From: an uncultured Spirochaetota bacterium
GTDB lineage: Bacteria > Spirochaetota > Spirochaetia > SZUA-6 > Fen-1364
Length of the DNA: 64,000 nucleotides
Assembly (NCBI GenBank): GCA_963781885.1
Contig: CAWAHW010000007.1
Location: 64,001 to 128,000, forward strand
Direction of reading: 5' to 3'
In this document: positions 57,804 through 64,000 of the stretch, in pieces
Layout of the letters: each line of letters starts with the position of its first letter
Numbering within the stretch: position 1 is the stretch's first letter
The notes under the pieces: model-generated
Seen by the model: only the letters and a program-made list of their open reading frames with translations
Databases searched by the model: none
Told to the model about the DNA's origin: nothing
Program-made: the position numbers and the translations under genes

Positions 57804-60639
57804 TCATGCCTTCTGGAGCCAGCCCGTCCCGCAGATGCCGGTGAAAGGACAGCGCGGGCAGGCCGCCTTCAAGTCCGCGGCGGGCAAGAAAGGGACATCG
57901 GGTGAGACGATCTCGGCGAGCAGCCCGTGTATCACCCCTTCCAGGAGAGGCCAGCCGGTCTCTGCCTCCTGGGGTGATGCGAACAGGGGGAGCTCGATCT
58001 GGTCGTCCATCTCCGTCCTGCCCAGGAGCAGGAACATCGCCGTCACCTCGGCGGGATTCCTCCCTGTCTCCGCCGCATGGAGGAGCACGTACAGGGGGAG
58101 CTGGAGCGTCGGGATGGCAAGGCCCCAGGTGGTGCGATCGCCCGGCACGAGCTTCTTCATCCTGATGGCGTAGGCGCCGCGGTGCGCCGAGGTCTTGTAG
58201 TCGACGAGCACCGGCCGCCCGTCCCTGCTCTCCACGGCGTCCAGCCTGCCGCGCAGCTTGAAATCACCCGTCGATGCGGCGGTCGTGTGCTCCAGCGATG
58301 CGATCGTCACCGCGTGTTTCCGCAGGAGCCCGGCCATGTAGCCGGTAAGGAAAGCGGCGAGATGCCCGCGTATCTGGTCCCTCAGGAGACGGTTGCCGCC
58401 GGAGTCCGCGGAGCCGAAACGCTTTTCGAACATCACGTCCACCAGGTGCGTCATGGCCGCGGCATCCAGGTCCTCGGCCGTCAGGGGGCGGCCCGTGCGG
58501 GGGGAGAAATAACGGAACAGAACGTCGTGGACGAAGATGCCGACGTCCACGGCCTCCACGTCCCCCGTGTTCTCCTCCCGCTCGCCCAGGTCGAGCACCG
58601 TCTGGTAGTAGAAACGCAGGGGGCACCGCAGGTAGGCATCGAGTGAGGTCGCACTGTAGGTGCGCGCACGCAGCCACGCCACAACGGCGGGAGTCTTCGC
58701 GATGGGCGTCGGGGGGGCGTGGGCCAGGGTGACGCGATACTGGATGGGCTGGACGAACGCCGCTTCCTCCACGGTTGATTCCGCCTTCTGCCTATCCCAG
58801 AGCAGGCGCTCCACGAAACGCGACCTTTCCGCGTCGCCGCTCGTCCTCGAATAGAGGTGCAGCTCCCGCGCCCCCGCCGTCATGAGCGCGAAGTGATACG
58901 CGGCGATATCCTCCCTGTCCTGGTACGTGGAGAGTCCGAGTGACTTCCGCACGCCAAAGGGCAGGAGCGAGCTCTCGGCGCCGGTCTCGGGAAGGCTTCC
59001 CTCGTTGGCGTCGAGGATGAAGATCCGGTCGAACAGGAGATTGCGCGTCTCCAGGGCGCCGAGCACCTGCAGCCCGTGCAGGGGAGTCCCGGGAAAGGGG
59101 AGGTAGCAGGCGGCCAGGTACCGGCGCAGGAGCAGGAAGTAGCTTCCCGTGTCGGTGAAGGATTTCTCCGCCATGAGCGACCGCGCGATCGCTTCCAGCG
59201 ATCGCACGAATGCTTCCGAGAAGGGCGTGAAGTAGGGATGATCGCGCGCCGTGCTCTGGTCGTGCACCCAGGAGATGAGCGAGATGCAGCGTTCCGCGAA
59301 GACGCGCACGCGGGGAAAGGAGCGGAAGCTGCGGATCGTCCGCTCGTGGATGTCGGCGAGGTGCGCGCGGAGCGCCCGCGCGGCGGCGGCCGCGTCCCCC
59401 TCGGCCAATCTCCCGGCGGCATCGTCGAACAGCGCGCTGTCGGATTCGATTTCTTCCAGCGTCGCGAACCGTCTCGTCCGCTCCGCCGCGAGCCTCTCTT
59501 CCAGGGTGTGGAAAAGGACGCGCGTCGCTTCCGCCGACTGCCCGAGGCGTATGTTTTTCACGTAGGGATGCAGCGCAAAGGCAAGGTACGCCGGGCAGGT
59601 AGACACGCTCCCCGTCCATTGTGCCGACCAGCTCCATGAGATCGTTCAGGAATCCATAGAGCGGCGTCCTCTGGAGCGGGTAGGGAAGCGAGACATTGTA
59701 GCTTTCGGGCTCGAAACGGGACAGGCAGTGGCGCAGGAGGGGGAAAAGCGTGTCAGGCCGGGGAAGGACGATCAGCGTTCCGTCGTCCGGCCCCGAGAGC
59801 GCGGCGTTCACCGCGAAAACCTGGCCATGCGTGTCCGGGCTGCTGAAAAACCGGGTCGCGAGGCTCCTCGGGGCTTCCGCCTCCGCCGCGCGGGGGGGAA
59901 GGCCGAAGTCCTTCATCGTCTCGCGCAGGAGCGGGCCCTCCTGGAGCACCATCGCCACCGCCGGCCAAGCGCCCAGGACCCGGAGGAGGCGGCGCTCGGC
60001 ATTGGTGAGCGCGCAGAAGCCGGCGAGGATGATCGGCCCTGTCCCGGGAAGATCGTCGGGGCCCAGACGCTCTCCCGCCTCCCGGTAGCGCATCGAGCGG
60101 GTCGAAAGCTCCTGTTCTGCCACCACCCGGTAGAACGCGGCATAGAAACGGGCCATGCCGAGCAGGCGCTCCCGGGAGCCGGCAGGCACCTCCTCTTCCA
60201 CGAGGGGCTGGACGTCGGCCACGGCGCGCTCAGCGACACCCTCGATGAGGAGCTCCTCCAGGTCTCCGTAGATCCGTGTTCCCAGCGAGAAGAAGCTGTC
60301 GAGGGTCATGAAGTTGGTGCCGCCGAGGGGATGCGGCGATGAAAGCTGGATGTCGTAGAGGATCGCCACCGCGTCGAGAAGCTCCAGCCGCGGCAGAAGC
60401 CTGCCCCGGCGCTCCTCCTGGCGCTCGAAGACATCGTCCACGAGCTCGTCCATCGACTGGATGACCGGCGGGATGAAGCTCCCCCCGGCATTCCGGGCGA
60501 GCCGTCGGCGGAGGAAGTGGGCGGGGCGCTTGCCGGGGAACACGACGCGCGCCTCGGCGAGCGGCGTTCCCGGCTGCTCCAGCATCAGCGCCACCTCGTC
60601 GATGAGAGACGCGCCGGCCGCAAGCACGGTGATGCTCAC
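57804..60639 (-). CDS. AddB-like inactive helicase plus PD-(D/E)xK nuclease with Fe-S cysteines (frameshift near 59595)
   Basis: SATSLDAYLRCP, GRLDAVE, VDYKT, CPRCPFTGIC. Confidence 0.85.
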
Positions 60640-63600
60640 GCCACCCTCCGCACGATGCCCCGATCGACATAGGCAAGGAGCGCGCCAATCGGCACGGCGG
60701 GATAGACGCCGGCGAGCACGTGCACATAGTCGCGGATTTGCGCCTCGTGCTCCCCGGGGTTCTCCGCTCCCGTCTTCCAGTCGATGACCGTCACCCCCTC
60801 GGCATCACACACGACCCGGTCCATCCGCACCAGCCGGCCCGTCGCGTCGCAGAACTCCTTTTCGACGAACGCGGTCCGGCCCGGTCGACGCGCAAAATAG
60901 CCCGCCAGCTCGGAGCCTTCGATCATGGCGGAAAGCTGCGCGGCGAGCTCCCGCGCCGTCGCGGGGTCGCTCCGCGTCTCGCGCGCCGCGCGTCGGCCGG
61001 CCGCCATGAGCGCTTCGCGGATGTCATCGGGCGCCTGCCCCAGGAGCTGCAGCATCCGGTGCACGAGCTCGCCGCGCAGCCTCTCCTCCCGGCCGAGGCT
61101 TCCGCCCTGAAAGGCGATGGCAACGGGACGGGCGGCGTGGGAGAGCGTCGCGACCGTCTCCCGGCGGGGGGACGCGCGGGCGATCGGTCCCTTGTCCGCG
61201 CACGGTGCGAAGCCGTCGACGGGAATGATGTCGAACGGGTACGTGTCCCGGTCCCTCTTCACGCCGATGACGTAGGTCTCGCGGAGAGCGCGGGTGAGCG
61301 TGACGTACAGCCCATTGAGCCGGTTCACTTTCTCTTTCATGACCTCCTGGTCGTACAGCGCCTGGAGCGTGGGGTCCTTTGCGGCAATGTCGCGGCTTAT
61401 CTTCACCATGCGCCGCGCGCCGTCTTCTTCCAGGATGGTATGGCTGAAGCCCCTGCTGGATTCCCCGTAGAGGAGGGCCACCACGACGGGAAAGCCGAGA
61501 CCCTTTGCCTTGTGCACCGTCATGGCCCGCACGGATTGCGCGCTCCCCGGCACGTCGATTGTCCAGATGCTCTCGTCGCCCCCGGCCTTGGAGAGGAAAT
61601 CCCGCAGGCTGTTTGCCCCCGAGCCTTCGAAGTCTTTGACCGCCTCCAGAAGCTTTGCCAGCGTCGCCTCTTCCTCGCCCGCGCGCGCGAAGACGGCGAA
61701 ACGCACGGAGATCTCGCTCACGAGATCGTACAGCGGAAGATACCCGGCGGACCGGAAGAGCCCCGCGAAACATTCCTTCCAGAGCGCGGGGAAGGCCTTC
61801 TGGAAGGACTTGTAGAGCGGGCGCTCGCCTCGCGCGTGAAAGAGGAATTCCCGCACGCGCTCCGTCTCGTCGGTGGCGCCCCGGGCGGCGAGCGTCCGGC
61901 AGAAGAGCTCACCGAGGATGAACGTGGCGAAGGAAAGGTCGTCGGGGGGGGAGTCGAGAAACGAAAGCAGGGCGAGGATCTCCTGCGCCAGCCGCCTGCC
62001 GCGCACGTCGAGATTGCTGAAGGAGATGAAGGGGATGCCCGCCTCGTTGAGCCACGACGTGGCCCGCACGATGTGCTCGTTCTTTGTCGCCAGGAGCGCG
62101 ATGTCCCCCCATCCGTAGCCGCGGCCGGAGAGCTCACGCATCACCGCGAGCAGCTTGTCCTTCTCCGGCGGCTGCTCGTCGTCGCGGGGAAGCACGACGA
62201 CCTCGGCGTAACCGGGGTCGTCCCCGGGGAGCGGTCGCTGGGTCCAGGAGTCCAGCCCGCTCCGGCGGACAGCCTCGCGGTACGCCGGCATTGCGGCGGC
62301 GTTGCGCATGAAGACGGCTTCCGCAAGGGCAAGCACGCGCGGCCTGCTGCGCCGATTCGTGTCCAGCTCCAGGAGGAGATGCTCCGCGGACGGGAAGGGG
62401 TTTTCCGCCTCCAGCGACTTCATGATCCTGTAGTCGGCCTGTCGGAACCCGTAGATGGCCTGCTTGGTGTCCCCGACGGCAAAGAGGCTGCCGCCCGAGG
62501 CGAGCGAGTTTTCCAGCAAGGGAAAGAGGGTGCGCCACTGCAGCGGCGACGTGTCCTGGAACTCGTCGATGAGAAAGTGCCACACCCGCTCGCCGATGCG
62601 GAAGTAGATGTCGGGCACGATGTCGCGCGACAGGAAATCGCCCAGCCTCCGGCCGATGTCGCCGATGAAGACGGCTGCCTGCGCGCGCTTCACCTTCTCC
62701 AGCGTGGCCTCCATCTCCGCGTACACCCGCAGCGCCGACTCGTGGAAGGAGCGCGCCCAGCAGCCGACATAGGCGGAGACCGCCGTCTCCACGTCCGCCC
62801 AGGCCGCCTCGACCTGCTCGAAGCCGGCGCGCGCGCCCGGGTCCCGCAAGGGCGGCTTCTTCACCGGCAGCGTCAAACCGCGTCCGATCAGGTCGCTGAA
62901 GCGCCCCGCGCGCGCCCGGGCGAGCAGGTCGGGAAAGGGCGAACGGCCGCGGTACGCAAGACCGGAGGCTGCCGTGAGTGCCTCCACCCGCTGGAGGGCG
63001 GCGAGGACCCGCGCCTCGCGGGCACGAAGGTGCGCCAGCGCATCCCCCGGCGCGAGGGGAGCATCGAGGGAAGCGCTGCGGGCGTCGATTCCCTTGATTT
63101 CGGCGAGAAGAGGCGCGACGGGGTCCCAGTGATACACGTCCGCGCTTGCCTTGAAGCTGAGCGCGTCGCGCACGGCCTCATCGATCACGCGCGCGCGGGT
63201 GCTCCCCGGCGGGGCGTCCCGCAGGAAGAGGCTGAACGCATAGTCCAGGAGGGGCGCGGGATCGAGCAGGATCTCGAACTCGGGGCTGAACCCGAAGTCC
63301 AGCGCCGAGGCGCGAAAGACCGTGGACATGAAGCTGTCGATCGTCTGCACCTGGAAGTCCGTGTAGCGGTCGAGGATCCTGTCCACCAGGGCGCCGGCCC
63401 CGCGCGCGGCGCGCGCGTCGAAACCCGCGATGACGGCCTCCATGTCTGCAAGCCTTTCGGGGTCGCCGAAGGAGAGCTTCTTGAGCCACTGAAGGACCTT
63501 GTCGCGCATGTCGCGCGCGGCATTGTGGGAAAAGGTGATGGCGAGGATGCCGCGCAGATCGTTGTGGGGCACCCGACGCGAGAGGAGGAACTGGACGAAG

Positions 63601-63698
63601 CGCTGCGTGAGCGCGTAGGTCTTTCCCGACCCCGCGGAGGCCTTGAGGACGGTCACACTCGGGAGCGAGAGCTGCGTGTCCCCAGGTATCGCGGGCAT
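60636..63698 (-). CDS. AddA-like UvrD helicase-nuclease
   Basis: ASAGSGKT, IDEFQDTS, VGDTKQAIYGFR, MTVHKAKGL, C-terminal IDWKTG. Confidence 0.9.
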   Translation of the reverse strand: MPAIPGDTQLSLPSVTVLKASAGSGKTYALTQRFVQFLLSRRVPHNDLRGILAITFSHNAARDMRDKVLQWLKKLSFGDPERLADMEAVIAGFDARAARGAGALVDRILDRYTDFQVQTIDSFMSTVFRASALDFGFSPEFEILLDPAPLLDYAFSLFLRDAPPGSTRARVIDEAVRDALSFKASADVYHWDPVAPLLAEIKGIDARSASLDAPLAPGDALAHLRAREARVLAALQRVEALTAASGLAYRGRSPFPDLLARARAGRFSDLIGRGLTLPVKKPPLRDPGARAGFEQVEAAWADVETAVSAYVGCWARSFHESALRVYAEMEATLEKVKRAQAAVFIGDIGRRLGDFLSRDIVPDIYFRIGERVWHFLIDEFQDTSPLQWRTLFPLLENSLASGGSLFAVGDTKQAIYGFRQADYRIMKSLEAENPFPSAEHLLLELDTNRRSRPRVLALAEAVFMRNAAAMPAYREAVRRSGLDSWTQRPLPGDDPGYAEVVVLPRDDEQPPEKDKLLAVMRELSGRGYGWGDIALLATKNEHIVRATSWLNEAGIPFISFSNLDVRGRRLAQEILALLSFLDSPPDDLSFATFILGELFCRTLAARGATDETERVREFLFHARGERPLYKSFQKAFPALWKECFAGLFRSAGYLPLYDLVSEISVRFAVFARAGEEEATLAKLLEAVKDFEGSGANSLRDFLSKAGGDESIWTIDVPGSAQSVRAMTVHKAKGLGFPVVVALLYGESSRGFSHTILEEDGARRMVKISRDIAAKDPTLQALYDQEVMKEKVNRLNGLYVTLTRALRETYVIGVKRDRDTYPFDIIPVDGFAPCADKGPIARASPRRETVATLSHAARPVAIAFQGGSLGREERLRGELVHRMLQLLGQAPDDIREALMAAGRRAARETRSDPATARELAAQLSAMIEGSELAGYFARRPGRTAFVEKEFCDATGRLVRMDRVVCDAEGVTVIDWKTGAENPGEHEAQIRDYVHVLAGVYPAVPIGALLAYVDRGIVRRVA

Positions 63699-63847
63699 GC
63701 CGCCGGATAGTAGCCTCCGCGCCGCCCGTTGACAAGCAGAAGCCGTGCGACGCCTGCACGCACTTGAATTCGAGCCTCTTTCCGCGCACATTGAGATCAA
63801 ATAGCTGCGTGCTTTCCGCGGTGCGATCTACAAGAAGGAGCGATGCG

Positions 63848-64000
63848 ATGCGTCTCCATTCCCCGGCAAAGGCGGCCCTGGCCTCGGTCGCGGTCCTGTT
63901 CCTGCTTTCATGCGCCGGGTCGCCTCCCCCGGCGACTCCGCCGGACGTGAGCGCTCCCGTGGACTGGGCCACCATCCTCCGCTTCTCCGAGGTATACCAT
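63848..64000 (+). CDS. Lipoprotein, N-terminal fragment only
   Basis: SD AAGGAG, MRLHSPAKAALASVAVLFLLSC lipobox; open to the window end. Confidence 0.6.
   Translation, partial: MRLHSPAKAALASVAVLFLLSCAGSPPPATPPDVSAPVDWATILRFSEVYH

Overview
GC-rich bacterial chromosomal window. A Spirochaetota origin is my tentative inference from the gene families and the ankyrin-lipoprotein type. The left end holds the start of a type I-C CRISPR-Cas locus (HTH-WYL regulator, cas3, partial cas5c) with a divergent nucleotidyltransferase gene; no CRISPR array is visible. The rest is mostly housekeeping and accessory genes: yejABEF, katG, a fluoride-riboswitch-controlled antiporter, tRNA-Leu(CAA) and a tRNA-CAT, three hybrid histidine kinases, an atypical class III nucleotide cyclase, an SbcD/SbcC-like pair, RNase D, MFS plus GH38, KirBac, PepC, ABC transporters, secA2 and addAB-like genes. 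About 14 genes carry single-base frameshifts, most likely long-read errors. Best candidate for a new system: a leaderless 77-aa two-TM uORF ending in RSPP directly upstream of a stand-alone SecA2, whose Pro-Pro codons can base-pair with the secA2 Shine-Dalgarno, i.e. a SecM-like arrest-peptide circuit. Also notable: two back-to-back fluoride riboswitch motifs, a KatG with the distal Asp replaced by Asn and a basic tail, and a REP-like palindromic repeat.
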